A stretch of DNA of 64,000 nucleotides, taken from the NCBI GenBank assembly GCA_963707955.1, contig OY970176.1, forward strand, positions 64,001 through 128,000, given 5' to 3'. Shown one piece after another: positions 29,255 through 40,745 of the stretch. The stretch is from Candidatus Bathyarchaeota archaeon. Its GTDB lineage: Archaea > Thermoproteota > Bathyarchaeia > Bathyarchaeales > Bathycorpusculaceae. A program made the position numbers and the translations under genes. The notes under the pieces are model-generated. The model did not search any database. It was not told the origin of the DNA and saw only the letters and a program-made list of their open reading frames with translations. Numbering within the stretch: position 1 is the stretch's first letter; every line of letters starts with the position of its first letter.

Positions 29255-29854
29255 TTAAGCTTCTGGTTTTTCTTCAGCCTTAGCCTTGACTTCTGGCGAC
29301 TCAGCCTGTGCTGTACACACTACTGATTGAACCACGGTTTCCTTGCTATGCCCAGAAGGGTCTTTTTCCTCTGAAGGAGGCGACTCCTCCAAGAATCTGA
29401 CTTCTTGCTGAGTAGCTTCGCTTTCCTTGGAAACCTGTCCAGCCTCTCGGTCCATCGTCAATCCGCCACCGGCAAGCTCGTCTGCCGCTTCCTTGACTTC
29501 GTCTAGTTCACGTTTCGTCGTTTCAAGTCCCACAGAAAGAAGGTCGTTCTCCCGCTGATAGACCTGATCATCTATCTCGCCTGTCACATGTCCAATCTCA
29601 AAGTTGGCTAGAAGAACCTCCAGAGTTTTCACCTGTCCCTCGAGTTCGACTACTTTAGCAGCCATCTTTTCCAACAAAGCCTTTTCTTCCTTCTCGACTT
29701 CAGCGAGTGCATCTTCTATCTCTTGATTGAACACGTCGAAAGTCGACTGCGAAATTCTGTCCTTTTTCAGCAAATTGTCCAAAGCTTGTTTCTTTTTCCT
29801 CGCCACCTCGTATTCTTCGCTTAATCTCTTAAAAGAATGCTTCCACGAGATCAA
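29255..29854 (-). CDS. CdvA-like coiled-coil protein
   Basis: ISWKHSF...KKKQALDNLL...ISQSTF coiled coil with acidic tail; probable TTG start at 29854. Confidence 0.65.
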   Translation of the reverse strand: MISWKHSFKRLSEEYEVARKKKQALDNLLKKDRISQSTFDVFNQEIEDALAEVEKEEKALLEKMAAKVVELEGQVKTLEVLLANFEIGHVTGEIDDQVYQRENDLLSVGLETTKRELDEVKEAADELAGGGLTMDREAGQVSKESEATQQEVRFLEESPPSEEKDPSGHSKETVVQSVVCTAQAESPEVKAKAEEKPEA

Positions 29855-30133
29855 TTTCTGCACCTGCAACTTTCTCGATTTGAAGTGACAAATAACCTTT
29901 GTTAATATGCAGATATATCGCAGACTGTTAAAAATGGCTTCTTTCGCCATTTACTAGAAAGATTGAGGTCTAAAAACGCGATGTCTGAATGGTGTTATCT
30001 AGCTTTGAAAAGAGCAATATGTACAAGCGCTGAACGAGGCCTCGGTCACCTTCCCTTTGAAAGGAATGAACCTAATAGAAACACTAAAGAACACCTTCCC
30101 TGCCTCTCAGTAAGCGAAAGATCAGCCCAGAAT

Positions 30134-30232
30134 GGGCCCGTAGCTCAGTAAGGACAGAGCACCGGGCTTTTAAGCAAAAAGCTTTGCGTGGAAACCCGGG
30201 GGTCCCGGGTTCAATTCCCGGCGGGCCCGCCA
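30134..30232 (+). tRNA. tRNA-Lys(TTT) with a 21-nt intron at 37/38 (30173-30193), encoded CCA
   Basis: Cloverleaf: GGGCCCG/CGGGCCC acceptor, CCGGG-CT-TTT-A|intron|A-CCCGG, GGTTCAATTCC. Confidence 0.93.
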
Positions 30233-30559
30233 TTAGACCCGAAGCCGTTTGGGTATTGGTCCCCTCGTGCAAAATCCTCATTTGGTGCAATTTCGGAAAT
30301 GCATGTGTCAATTATCTTCTCTTTCCCAGACGAAAAGGCTCTTTTTGATTCTAATGCGCGTTCCAGAAGTCGACATCGGACTTCAAAGAATACCTATTAT
30401 TCTACTTGAGATAGGGATTTTCGTAAAGGAATCTTTACCAATAGGCCTTCTACCAAAGTCAATGCGCCGATCCACGTTCCTTTAGAACGTGCCGAAAGCG
30501 CCAATTCATGGTGACAACATGCGTTTCTTTCGCAAGACCAGTCTAATAGGCCATCATAT

Positions 30560-30826
30560 TTGGATCCAAATATCCATGGTACATTGAAACCGAGGAGGGG
30601 TACCCACCACCATCCCACCTTCACACTCATACAAAAAAGACTCACCGCCATCGCAGACAAATACAGCCTCGATATGCAAAACGTCAGGTTCCAACTGATC
30701 CTCGAACTCAAAGCCCTCACCGAACTCGCACAACAAAAAGCCATAGACACTCACCTCGCGAAAGAAGAAACCAAACAAAACTGGATCCGCCTCGCCGCAT
30801 ACATCGACCAAATCATAAACGAATAG
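30560..30826 (+). CDS. Hypothetical helical protein, possibly a truncated remnant
   Basis: ORF just downstream of tRNA-Lys ending WIRLAAYIDQIINE. Confidence 0.4.
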   Translation: MDPNIHGTLKPRRGTHHHPTFTLIQKRLTAIADKYSLDMQNVRFQLILELKALTELAQQKAIDTHLAKEETKQNWIRLAAYIDQIINE

Positions 30827-31034
30827 GCAAAACCATCAGCGCTGAAGTCATCTAGAGGAATGCCTAGCGAATGGCTTCAGATATTAGTCGACAAGAGCGC
30901 GAATGAGGAAGCAATAGGGCCTGTCGCTGTCATTTGGTCGTCGTAAAGGAATGCTGTTATAGAGGATTTCTCCATAAGGCTTTATTTACAGAGAGAACTC
31001 TTAACCATGTGGTGAGGGAGAAGTAGAAGCAGGC

Positions 31035-31295
31035 TTGGAACAAGGAGGTGAACGTGTGGAGATTTCGATAAACGCAAAGCAGATAATCGCTGTGGTCTGG
31101 ACAATAATCGCTGTGGTGATATCGCTGATAATAGTGCTTGCACTGGGCTATCCCACGTTTGGCACGTACAGTGTCTTCGGTGGCCCATGGCAGTACTTGG
31201 TAGCATTGTTCTTCGGCCTCTTCTTGGTAATAACCGTTCCAGTCTACTTGCTCATAGCCCTTTGGCACATAGTTTCCAAGTGGGACACTACATAG
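31035..31295 (+). CDS. Small 2-TM membrane protein
   Basis: Two hydrophobic helices; GGAGGTGA SD-like site upstream of an internal GTG. Confidence 0.65.
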   Translation: MEQGGERVEISINAKQIIAVVWTIIAVVISLIIVLALGYPTFGTYSVFGGPWQYLVALFFGLFLVITVPVYLLIALWHIVSKWDTT

Positions 31296-31579
31296 GTCGG
31301 AGGGCTGCCAGTGTGCAAGCGCTGTGTTAAACACGTCGCACCGAAGTGGGTTCTATCAAGATTTCACCACAAATTGACCGAAGATTTATACCTATTCATA
31401 GACCTCTCGGTTTCTCAGATCTAATCTGCTCATCAGTGATTTGTCTAATTGAGATTATGAGTGCCGCTTTGTTCAGCTGCGTGACATTTCTAAAAAAAAT
31501 ATGCTCACGATCGGCTACTGAAGGACTACTACATAACAGATAAATGAAACCTCTGACCTACAAAAGCTCGGGATAGAAT

Positions 31580-31789
31580 TTGAGCCTTGACGAAATTGAG
31601 GCCTTCGCTAGTTCTTTGAAGAACTGTCCAAAATGCGGTTCAGGCGAAGGATTTTGGCTCGCTGCAAACCGCGAAAGGAGTTATGTCCAATGCAAGCACT
31701 GCGGCGCCATTTTGGAGTTTTGCGAGGTTCTATCACATCCAGAAAAGGCCAAAGGCTCAAAAAGCGCCTTCAGAAAACTAAGGCTATAG
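31580..31789 (+). CDS. Small zinc-ribbon protein
   Basis: CPKCGS...QCKHCG. Confidence 0.7.
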   Translation: MSLDEIEAFASSLKNCPKCGSGEGFWLAANRERSYVQCKHCGAILEFCEVLSHPEKAKGSKSAFRKLRL

Positions 31790-32248
31790 CGTGAGAACTG
31801 AACGTTCTGCTTTTCTCTTCTCGAACCTGATTGTTCACACAAAATCCAAAGCAAATTCGAGTTCTAAATGATAACAGGCTTAAATGCCTTGGTTCTGGAG
31901 ATGCTTTGGACCTCGGACAGACGGAAATTAAAGTCGCCTTCTCCTTTTCTTCCTCTCAGGTCAAAAGTTAACAATGTATATCTCCATTAAAACGTTTACT
32001 GCACCGTTCAACATATGTCGCTTTTTTACGTATATCCCCTTTCCACTTCATTTCGGACAGCGCAATCTTCCTCTTAACCCTCAAATAGAGCATTAATGAT
32101 TGAGTGGTCTTGACAAGCGCGCGCTAACCTGTTCACAGCACTCTCCTATTCTCATCTTCAAAAATGGTTGCGCGTACCGTAAGGATCGTTGCCAGAAAGT
32201 TTTTAGGCCCGCTCTCCGCTAGACTACTTGAGAATCTTATCGGTGGGC

Positions 32249-33160
32249 ATGGCCATCAAAAGAGGCATTATTTTTGATATCAAAAAATTCGCAATTGATG
32301 ACGGACCTGGGATACGCACAACCATATTCTTCAAGGGTTGTCTTCTGCGCTGCTGGTGGTGCCACAACCCCGAGGGTCAGCTGCCGACATCGGAATTGAT
32401 GTACAGAAGAACTAGGTGTGACAGCTGTGCCGAGTGTGTAAGGATCTGTCCGGAAGAAGCAATTTCATGCTCTCTCAAAAGAATATCCATAAATAGGGAT
32501 CACTGCAATCTGTGCGGAAAGTGTTGCCAGGTATGTCCAACAGGGGCCCTAACGATTGTTGGAAAGCAAGTGAGTCTAGAAGAGGTCTTGAGAGAGATTG
32601 ACAAGGACTCGATTTTCTACGATGAGTCACAGGGCGGCGTGACAGCTTCTGGAGGAGAACCCCTTTTGCAGCTCGATTTTCTAAACGCGCTTCTCAAAGA
32701 GTGCAAAGACAGAGACATTCGCACCGCAGTCGATACTTGTGGCTACGCCTCGCATGACGCCATCGACAAAATCAGCGATAAGGTAGACCTTTTCCTGTAT
32801 GACATCAAGACTATGGATGAGAAAAAACATATGAAATACACTGGCGTATCAAACAAGCCAATTCTCGAAAATCTCAAGAGATTAGCCGAAAATGGAAGTA
32901 ACATTCAGATTCGTTTTCCCATTATCCCAGGAATCAACGATGACAAGGAAAACGTCACCGAAACAGCTGAATTTGTGGCTTCGTGCAGAATAAAGAACAT
33001 AAGTCTTCTTCCTTACCACCGAGCGGGAATCGAGAAGTACAAGAGCCTAAGTAGGACATACAAGTTGAAAAAGATCCAAACGCCATCGGACCAAGACCTA
33101 AGTCTAATCGAAGAAGAACTTGAGGCTTTTGGGTTGAAAGTGAAGATAGGGGGAGGATAG
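32249..33160 (+). CDS. Glycyl-radical enzyme activating protein (radical SAM with ferredoxin insert)
   Basis: DGPGIRT, CLLRCWWCHNPE, two CxxCxxC clusters, SGGEP, LLPYH. Confidence 0.95.
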   Translation: MAIKRGIIFDIKKFAIDDGPGIRTTIFFKGCLLRCWWCHNPEGQLPTSELMYRRTRCDSCAECVRICPEEAISCSLKRISINRDHCNLCGKCCQVCPTGALTIVGKQVSLEEVLREIDKDSIFYDESQGGVTASGGEPLLQLDFLNALLKECKDRDIRTAVDTCGYASHDAIDKISDKVDLFLYDIKTMDEKKHMKYTGVSNKPILENLKRLAENGSNIQIRFPIIPGINDDKENVTETAEFVASCRIKNISLLPYHRAGIEKYKSLSRTYKLKKIQTPSDQDLSLIEEELEAFGLKVKIGGG

Positions 33161-33161
33161 C

Positions 33162-35525
33162 ATGAATGAAAGGGTTAGGAAACTGAGGGAACAGAGCATT
33201 AAGACGAAGCCGTATATCACAGCTGAAAGAGCGGTTCTTGTAACGGGGTTTTATGAGAGCGGCGTGGCGAGCCAGCTTTCTGAGCCTGTGCGAAGGGCAC
33301 TTGCGTTCAAGCATGTTCTTGAAAATAAGAAAATCTACGTCGGTCAAGAGGAGCTGATTGTCGGTGAGAGAGGGCCCGCTCCTAAGGCGGTTTCTACGTA
33401 CCCCGAAATATGTTGCCATAGCCTTGAAGACCTCGAAATCCTTAGCACGAGAAAAAAGACGCCATATGCAGTTAATGAGGAAACAAAGAGAACATACAAG
33501 GAAAAGATCATTCCGTTCTGGAAAGGTAGGTCAATAAGAGAGACAATATTCAGTGAGATGTCTCAAGAATGGAAGACCGCTTATCAAGCAGGGGTGTTCA
33601 CTGAATTTCTGGAGCAGAGAGCTCCGGGGCACACGGCTCTAGACAACAAGATTTACGGAAAAGGATTGGTTGATTTCAAGAAAGACATCGCAAGGAGCAT
33701 GCAAAGCCTCGATTTCTTGAATGATCCGAGAGCACACGAAAAGATGGAAGAACTCAGAGCCATGGACATTGTCGCGGACGCTCTTATCTGCTACGGAGCA
33801 AGATACGCTGAAAAGGCGAGAGAACTGCAAAAAAAGGAAAAGAATCAAGCGAGAAGAAAGGAACTGAAGAAGATGGCTGACGTGTGCACTCGTGTGCCAG
33901 CTCACGCGCCACGAGACTTCTGGGAAGCCTTGCAGCACTACTGGTTCATTCACCTCGGAGTAATAACAGAGCTCAACCCTTGGGACGCGTTCAACCCTGG
34001 CAGGCTCGACCAACATCTCTACTCTTTCTACACGAAGGGTTTTGACGACGGAACTTTGACGAAGGAAAGTGCAAAAGAACTCCTGCAGCTGCTTTGGATA
34101 AAGTTCAACAACCAGCCAGCTCCGCCGAAGGTGGGAGTCACGGCAGAAGAAAGCAACACGTACAATGATTTCGCGCTGATAAACACGGGCGGAGTCAAGG
34201 CTGACGGTTCAGACGGAGTGAACGAACTTTCCTATCTGATACTTGACGTCATAGAGGAAATGAGGATTCCTCAGCCTAGTTCGATGGTTCAGATTAGCAA
34301 AAAGACTCCTGACAGTTTCTTGAAAAGAGCATTGAGAATCATAAGGACAGGCTTTGGGCAACCATCAGTGTTTAACACTGACGTCATAATTCAAGAGCTT
34401 CTGAGGCAGGGAAAAAGAATCGAAGATGCGAGAAACGGAGGCGCAAGTGGGTGCGTGGAGACAGGAGCCTTTGGCAAAGAGTGCTACATTCTCACGGGGT
34501 ATTTCAACTTGGTCAAAGTGCTCGAGACCACTTTGAACAACGGTCTGGACCCGAGAACAGGTCAAAAGATTGGACTCGAAACAGGCGACCCCACTAAGTT
34601 CAGTTCTTTTGACGAAGTTTTCGATGCGTTCAAGAGGCAACTCAACTACTTTGTCGATCTCAAGATTAAGGGAAACAACATAATAGAAAGATTGTATGCC
34701 GAACACTTGCCTGTGCCTTTCTTGTCCCTCCTCATAGACGATTGCATATCGAAAGGCAAGGACTACAACGATGGAGGAGCTCGATACAATACGAGCTACA
34801 TTCAAGGCGTGGGACTTGGCACGGTAACAGACTCGCTCGCAGCAATAAGCTATCAAGTTTTCGACACGAAACAGATCGCCATGAGAGAGTTACTCAAGGC
34901 CCTAAAAGCGGACTTCAACGGGTACGAAACCCTCCGTCAGATACTCCTGAACAAAACGCCGAAATATGGAAACGATGACGATTATGCGGACGATGTGATG
35001 AAAGCCGTTTTTGAAGCCTACTACGAGGCAATAGAAGGAAGACCCAGCACGAAAGGCGGCAACTACAGAATAAACCTGTTACCAACGACGGTACACGTCT
35101 ATTTCGGAAGGGTCACAGGGGCCACGGCCGACGGGAGAAAAGCGTTGGAACCATTGTCTGAGGGAGTGTCGCCGGTCCAAGGAGCCGATAGAAAAGGCCC
35201 CACAGCGGTGATAAAATCCGTCTCCAAAATAGACCATGCAAGAACAGGCGGAACCCTGCTTAACCAGAAATTCGCCCCTGAACTCTTGGCCGATGAAGAA
35301 GGATTAGACAAGCTGGCCCATCTCATTCGCACGTATTTCAAACTAGATGGACACCATATTCAATTCAACGTGGTGAATGCTGAGACTTTGCGTGATGCAC
35401 AGAAACATCCCGAAAAATACGGAGATCTCTTGGTAAGGGTCGCAGGATACAGTGATTACTTTGTTAATCTCAGTGTAGAACTGCAGAACGAAATAATCAA
35501 GAGAACTGAACACAAATCCTTCTGA
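33162..35525 (+). CDS. hypD: Glycyl radical enzyme, trans-4-hydroxy-L-proline dehydratase type
   Basis: EQRAPGH, WDAFNPGR, FNNQPAPPKVG, ESNTYNDF, SGCVETG, LPTTVH, RVAGYS; single active-site Cys. Confidence 0.88.
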   Translation: MNERVRKLREQSIKTKPYITAERAVLVTGFYESGVASQLSEPVRRALAFKHVLENKKIYVGQEELIVGERGPAPKAVSTYPEICCHSLEDLEILSTRKKTPYAVNEETKRTYKEKIIPFWKGRSIRETIFSEMSQEWKTAYQAGVFTEFLEQRAPGHTALDNKIYGKGLVDFKKDIARSMQSLDFLNDPRAHEKMEELRAMDIVADALICYGARYAEKARELQKKEKNQARRKELKKMADVCTRVPAHAPRDFWEALQHYWFIHLGVITELNPWDAFNPGRLDQHLYSFYTKGFDDGTLTKESAKELLQLLWIKFNNQPAPPKVGVTAEESNTYNDFALINTGGVKADGSDGVNELSYLILDVIEEMRIPQPSSMVQISKKTPDSFLKRALRIIRTGFGQPSVFNTDVIIQELLRQGKRIEDARNGGASGCVETGAFGKECYILTGYFNLVKVLETTLNNGLDPRTGQKIGLETGDPTKFSSFDEVFDAFKRQLNYFVDLKIKGNNIIERLYAEHLPVPFLSLLIDDCISKGKDYNDGGARYNTSYIQGVGLGTVTDSLAAISYQVFDTKQIAMRELLKALKADFNGYETLRQILLNKTPKYGNDDDYADDVMKAVFEAYYEAIEGRPSTKGGNYRINLLPTTVHVYFGRVTGATADGRKALEPLSEGVSPVQGADRKGPTAVIKSVSKIDHARTGGTLLNQKFAPELLADEEGLDKLAHLIRTYFKLDGHHIQFNVVNAETLRDAQKHPEKYGDLLVRVAGYSDYFVNLSVELQNEIIKRTEHKSF

Positions 35526-35834
35526 AAGAATCCCGTTACATCTCAATCGAACAATAACCTCAACCCTTTTATTTGTCTCCAGCAAGAAATCAATCGAATC
35601 CATACGCTGAAAATGCTGTACATAAGTCCTGTGAGAAGTGACGTCTTCGATTGACCCATATTCTCTGTCAAAGTGAAAGTGCTTTGAAGAGAACAGCTGT
35701 ATTACCCTTTTCGTCTTCCATATCTTGTAGGCTTGCTTGCTCTTCTTTCTCTTAGAGTGCACTTCATCCCAGACAATCCGCGTGCCTGCGAAGACTTATT
35801 AGACTAGGAATGTAGAACAGAAACAAGTGAAATT

Positions 35835-36758
35835 ATGTCTAGTGAGCAGGTTTTCAAGAAAGTTCTAGTTGCTATTGATGGCTCACTTCCGTCTGTTATT
35901 GCTGAAGAACTAACAGTCTTCATGGCTAAGAAACTTGATTCAAATGTGACGGTTCTTCACGTAATATCCCATGAGTTCATGGGTTCCCAGCTTGAGAAAT
36001 ATATTCCAATACTCTACAAGGATGTGCCTCTAGGCACTGGAGGTGCTCTCGAAGAACGTGTTTCTGCAGTGCCAGCCTCGGGCGCACAAGAAGCTGTTGC
36101 AAAAGAGATCACGATGTCATATAGACAAAGAGGCACAGACGTGATTGAAGAGGCTGCAGCCCTCTTCAAAGAAGAAGGCATACCGGTGGATCAGAAGCTT
36201 TTAGAGCATGCTGATCCAGCCGAAAGTATAATAAGAGAGGCTGAAAAGGGAAACTACGATTTAGTAGTTATTGGGTCCAGTGGAGAGGAAGAGAAGAAGC
36301 CGCATTTAGGAAGCGTTGCTAAAAAAGCAGCGTTATACGCCAAAACCTCTGTCCTGATCGCCAGAGAAAAAAGACAGATATCAAGAATAATAGTTCCAGT
36401 CGACGGCTCTGAGCATTCAAAAAAGGTTGTCCATTATGCCGCAATTCTGGCTAAAAAGTTGGGCGTTGAAGTGGCATTACTTCATGTTCAAGAGCCTGAT
36501 TTGCCTCCCAGAATCATGAAAGAAATAGGAACCCGAATACTATCCGAAGCAGCTGGCCAATTTGAAGGTATAAAGCCAGATCAGAAGCTGGCATCGGGCG
36601 ATCCAGCCAAGACTATTATTCAAACGGCAAAAAAAGGGGACTACGACCTGATCCTAATGGGACACAAAGGGCATGGCGTCGTTGCCCAATTTTTACTGGG
36701 AAGTGTAAGCGACCACGTAATCCAATACATAGACCGTTCAGTACTCCTAATAAGATGA
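35835..36758 (+). CDS. Tandem universal stress protein
   Basis: Two USP domains (VAIDGS, VPVDGS, LGSV). Confidence 0.92.
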   Translation: MSSEQVFKKVLVAIDGSLPSVIAEELTVFMAKKLDSNVTVLHVISHEFMGSQLEKYIPILYKDVPLGTGGALEERVSAVPASGAQEAVAKEITMSYRQRGTDVIEEAAALFKEEGIPVDQKLLEHADPAESIIREAEKGNYDLVVIGSSGEEEKKPHLGSVAKKAALYAKTSVLIAREKRQISRIIVPVDGSEHSKKVVHYAAILAKKLGVEVALLHVQEPDLPPRIMKEIGTRILSEAAGQFEGIKPDQKLASGDPAKTIIQTAKKGDYDLILMGHKGHGVVAQFLLGSVSDHVIQYIDRSVLLIR

Positions 36759-36830
36759 GAAATCCTTAACCGGCGCGCGCTGGACAAGATTTTTATTCAC
36801 ATAAACATATTCTCAGATGGGTGAAAGAAT

Positions 36831-37872
36831 TTGTCTTGGTACATAGAATTAGGAAAAGCTGCAGACACTTTGGTAAATTACGTTCTAAAAGTAAAGAAAG
36901 AAGAGGACGTTCTCATATATGGAGATGACATTGTCGATGCTGCCGTACTGAATGCAACAGCGGCAGCAGTCAAATCCGCAGGAGCGACGCCCACCATAGT
37001 CATTCACGAGACGCGAGAAATCTCTTTCACTGAACCTCCTAAGCCTCTTGCCGCAGCAATGATGGACTCTGATGTCACGGTGGAATTCTCAGCTAGGGCC
37101 ATATTATATACCAGTGCGCAGACAAACGCCCTGAAGCGGAACCGGGCCTACATTTGTCTAACGTCCCTTGACCGTGAAGCAATGGTTCGAACCTTAGGTT
37201 GGGTGAACTATCCGAAAATGGTTGAGTTGGGAGACAAACTTGCAGAAATGACTACAAAGGCTGATGAAATCAGGATAACCAGCCCCTCAGGAACGAACTT
37301 TTCCGCCAAAATTGGCGGACGAAAGTTCGAGAATTTCGGAAGCACTGCTGACAAAAGAAAAGTGATAATGTTAGGTGGACAGACGGGCGGTTCTCCCATC
37401 GAGGAGACCGAAAATGGCCTGTTAGCATTTGACGGAAATGTGTGGCCTCCAGACGAGATCAAATCGAACATAAGGACCCCGATAAAATGCAAGGTTGACA
37501 AAGGCGTATTAACTGAAATTTCTGGCGGCGTAGAGGCTGACATACTCCGGAGGTATTTAGCAAGCCTTAAAGATCGCAATATGTACCGGATAGCTCACAT
37601 CTGCTACGGATACCATCCTAAGGCAAGAGTAACAGGCGACATATCAGAGGTCGAGAGAGTCTGGGGTTGCTTCCAAGTAGGTCTGGGGTTCCCAAGGGCC
37701 GCTTCTGAGACCAGACCTTAAAGGCGCCTTTGGATGGAGAGCTGCATCGCACGACGACGGCATCATACTGAAGGCATCGATATACCTTGACGGTGAACCC
37801 GTGCAGAAAGATGGAAAGTTCGTCCACCCTGAGTTGTTGCCAATCATAAAAGAGATGGGCGTTGAACAATAA
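36831..37872 (+). pseudogene. M29/leucyl aminopeptidase-like protein, +1 frameshift near 37686-37689
   Basis: ORF stops at 37721 but the shifted frame continues ...ASHDDGIILKASIYLDG...VHPEL...* to 37872, matching paralog 46837-47883. Confidence 0.8.
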
Positions 37873-38102
37873 GATCGCAAATCCTCTTTTCTTTTTAGCG
37901 CGAGACATGAGGTTTTGGAAAACCTCTTTCGCTCTTCCTAATGATTGCTTGAACCACTTGAATGCACGTAAACAGTGATCGAGAGCGTTTTAGCGCGCGC
38001 GAGGATCTATCGTGAAATGCCCTGCATGCGAATTTAGGAACAGGCATACGCGCTCAAGTTTAAATAGCCTCTTTGATCTAAGGAGGCGTGTGGTGAATCG
38101 GT

Positions 38103-38816
38103 TTGCTGAAGATCTTGTTCATAAACCCTGTCGGAACTAGCGCCCTAGATGAGCACATGCTGGAGACGATAAATGAGGTTAAGAGACCGGACGTAAAACC
38201 TAAGGTCGTTCATTTGTGCAAGGGTCCAGTCCACTTGGAGTACCACTACTATGAACATCTGAATCTTGATGAAACTCTAGAGTGGGTGAAGTGGGCGGAG
38301 AAAGAGGAGTACGATGCGGTGGTCATTGGCTGCTTCTATGATCCGGGAGTAAGAGAGGCCAGAGAGCTTGTTTCGATTCCGGTGATTGTTCCGGCAGAGG
38401 CTACGATGCACGTTGCCGCGACTCTTGGGCACAAGTTTTCCGTAATTGTGGGCAGACGGAAGTCGATTCCCAGGATGGAGAGCAATGTGTACGTCTATGG
38501 GCTTGAGAGGAAGCTTGCCTCTTTTAGGACTATAGAGTTCACGGTTCCGAGGATGGGTTCTGAGCCTGAGAAGCTGAAAAAGGCGATATTGACGGAGGCT
38601 AAGAAGGCTGTTGAGGAGGACGGTGCGGAAGTCATAGTCTTAGGATGCACGATGGAATCTGGATTCATGAAGGAGCTGACAAACAAGCTGAAAGTGCCTG
38701 TTCTGGATGCCGTGGTTACTTCGTGGAAGTACGCTGAAATGATGGCTGACTTGTATCGCAAGGTTGGCCTAGCGCACTCGAAGCTCTACGGGTACGAACC
38801 TCCACCGGACGTCTAA
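38103..38816 (+). CDS. Asp/Glu/hydantoin racemase family protein
   Basis: ILFINP, VIGCFYDPG, VLGCT. Confidence 0.9.
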   Translation: MLKILFINPVGTSALDEHMLETINEVKRPDVKPKVVHLCKGPVHLEYHYYEHLNLDETLEWVKWAEKEEYDAVVIGCFYDPGVREARELVSIPVIVPAEATMHVAATLGHKFSVIVGRRKSIPRMESNVYVYGLERKLASFRTIEFTVPRMGSEPEKLKKAILTEAKKAVEEDGAEVIVLGCTMESGFMKELTNKLKVPVLDAVVTSWKYAEMMADLYRKVGLAHSKLYGYEPPPDV

Positions 38817-38945
38817 ATTGACAATTCGCCAAAAATGGGCAAAATATGTGTTGGCACTATGTTACGACTGCACACTTGAGAACCCACCCATGCAGAAAAA
38901 CATATATCGTGTATCATAGCTACAGTGCTCCTAAGGAGGAAAAAA

Positions 38946-40595
38946 ATGAAGTCTTTCTTAAGCAGATCAGCTATTTCAAAAGTATACGCCGCTATCCTTG
39001 CAATAATCATCATCGTAGCTATAATTGTAGGCTCGCTGTACGCCGCAGGTTATTTTCCCAGTTCGACACCAACTGCTAGGATACTGCGTTTCACTCATCC
39101 TGCCCCATGGCACATTGACCCAGCCGTCGGCTCAGACCTAGCCAGCGCGTCTTCTCTCATAAACCTGTACGATCCGCTGGTTTTCCCACAGACTGTGGCA
39201 GAGGGCTCAGGCGTTAAACCCTGGATCGCTACAGTCTGGTCGTCTTCGGCAGATGGTCTAACGTGGACTTTTACAATCAGGCAGGGCGTATTGTTCCACT
39301 CAGGGAATGAGCTGAACGCTACGGACGTTGCCTTTAGCATGAACAGACTTCTGACGATAGGCCAGGGGTACTCATACTTATTCACCCCCTACGTGAGCTC
39401 TGCAAATGCAACAGGCCCGTGGACAGTCGTATTCACGCTTGGCAAACCTTTTGCACCGTTCCTACTTTCGCTCGTTAGGCTGTGGATACTTGACTCCAAA
39501 ACAGTGATTGCCCACGAGACGAGTGGTTCCTACGGCGCAAACGGTGACTACGGCATGGGCTGGCTTGATATTTACGATGCTGGTTCGGGTCCGTTCACGG
39601 TCAAATCAAACTCAGTAACGCTTCTGACCATGACATTCTTCTCGAAATACTGGGGAACTGTTGCACCTCTGCACCCAACTGAAGTTGACCTTATCGCAGA
39701 ACCGACCTCAACGACGGAAATAAGCATGATGGATACAGCCCAGCTGGAGATAACATCGCCTTGGCTTTCAGACCTGCAGTATGGGTCTCTGAATGGTACG
39801 AATGGTATCTACATAGCAAACGTTCCTGAACCCAACGAGTATTATTACATGATGAACACCCTGAAGCCTCCATTAGATGACATACATGTGAGGGAAGCAC
39901 TGGCCTACTGTTTGAACTATACGGGCATGATTGCAGGGTTGTATCCACTAAGCGCAGTGTCTACAAGCTGCGTGCCCGCGAGCGTTGCAGGATACCTCGA
40001 CTGTTCACCCTACTATTACAACGTGACCAAAGCCAAAGAGGAACTCGCGATGTCCAAGTACGCTAATAACATCAGTAGCTATTCCATTGACTTCGATTGG
40101 ATCAACACGGTTCCTATAAGGGAACTAGACGCGGAATACTTCGCAAGTTGCGCAAATGCAATAGGCATAAAAATCAACGTTGTCAGTGAAACATGGATCA
40201 AGTTCGAGTCGGACGTCGGTAGCAAAGCCACGTGCCCCGGCATGGCAAACGTTGAGGTGGATTCGGATTACACTGAGGCAGGCTCACTTCTAGAGGCCCG
40301 GTACAGCTCAGCGTCTATGGGAACATGGGAACAGATGGAATGGCTTAATGACTCAACGTATGATAGTATGTTGGAGCAGGCTCTGGGAACGCTCAACCAA
40401 ACCCAAAGATACGCCCTGTATGGAGAGCTGCAGCAATACATAATGAACCTATGCCCAAGCATGTTCATCTTCGACTATACAATGATTTGCGCAGCTCAAA
40501 AGTACGTCAGCTGGCCTATGGCCAACGTAAGCCAGTCTGTTCCATCGATGGGTTATAACTACGACGGAAGGCTGATACAGATACTGGCGCATTAG
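38946..40595 (+). CDS. Peptide ABC transporter substrate-binding protein (family 5)
   Basis: WTFTIRQGVLFHSG, GSGPF, VREALAY; N-terminal TM anchor. Confidence 0.92.
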   Translation: MKSFLSRSAISKVYAAILAIIIIVAIIVGSLYAAGYFPSSTPTARILRFTHPAPWHIDPAVGSDLASASSLINLYDPLVFPQTVAEGSGVKPWIATVWSSSADGLTWTFTIRQGVLFHSGNELNATDVAFSMNRLLTIGQGYSYLFTPYVSSANATGPWTVVFTLGKPFAPFLLSLVRLWILDSKTVIAHETSGSYGANGDYGMGWLDIYDAGSGPFTVKSNSVTLLTMTFFSKYWGTVAPLHPTEVDLIAEPTSTTEISMMDTAQLEITSPWLSDLQYGSLNGTNGIYIANVPEPNEYYYMMNTLKPPLDDIHVREALAYCLNYTGMIAGLYPLSAVSTSCVPASVAGYLDCSPYYYNVTKAKEELAMSKYANNISSYSIDFDWINTVPIRELDAEYFASCANAIGIKINVVSETWIKFESDVGSKATCPGMANVEVDSDYTEAGSLLEARYSSASMGTWEQMEWLNDSTYDSMLEQALGTLNQTQRYALYGELQQYIMNLCPSMFIFDYTMICAAQKYVSWPMANVSQSVPSMGYNYDGRLIQILAH

Positions 40596-40745
40596 TCAAC
40601 GCGAAGCATGTGACACGCAAATACTCTTCCTCACCCTTTTTCTTTGGTAATAGTCTGATTCTAAGAAGACAGCTACGCGCGCAGGCTAAAGTTTTTTAAA
40701 GGTGGGTTTAACGTAAACATATACAAGTTGAAAGCGGGTTAACTG

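Noticed and set aside
30233-32200. Integrated element at tRNA-Lys
   Set aside because: No integrase and no duplicate of the tRNA 3' end was seen; only small hypothetical genes follow.
33162-35525. Pyruvate formate-lyase
   Set aside because: Single-Cys SGCVE loop and HypD-type motifs rather than the PFL CCV motif.
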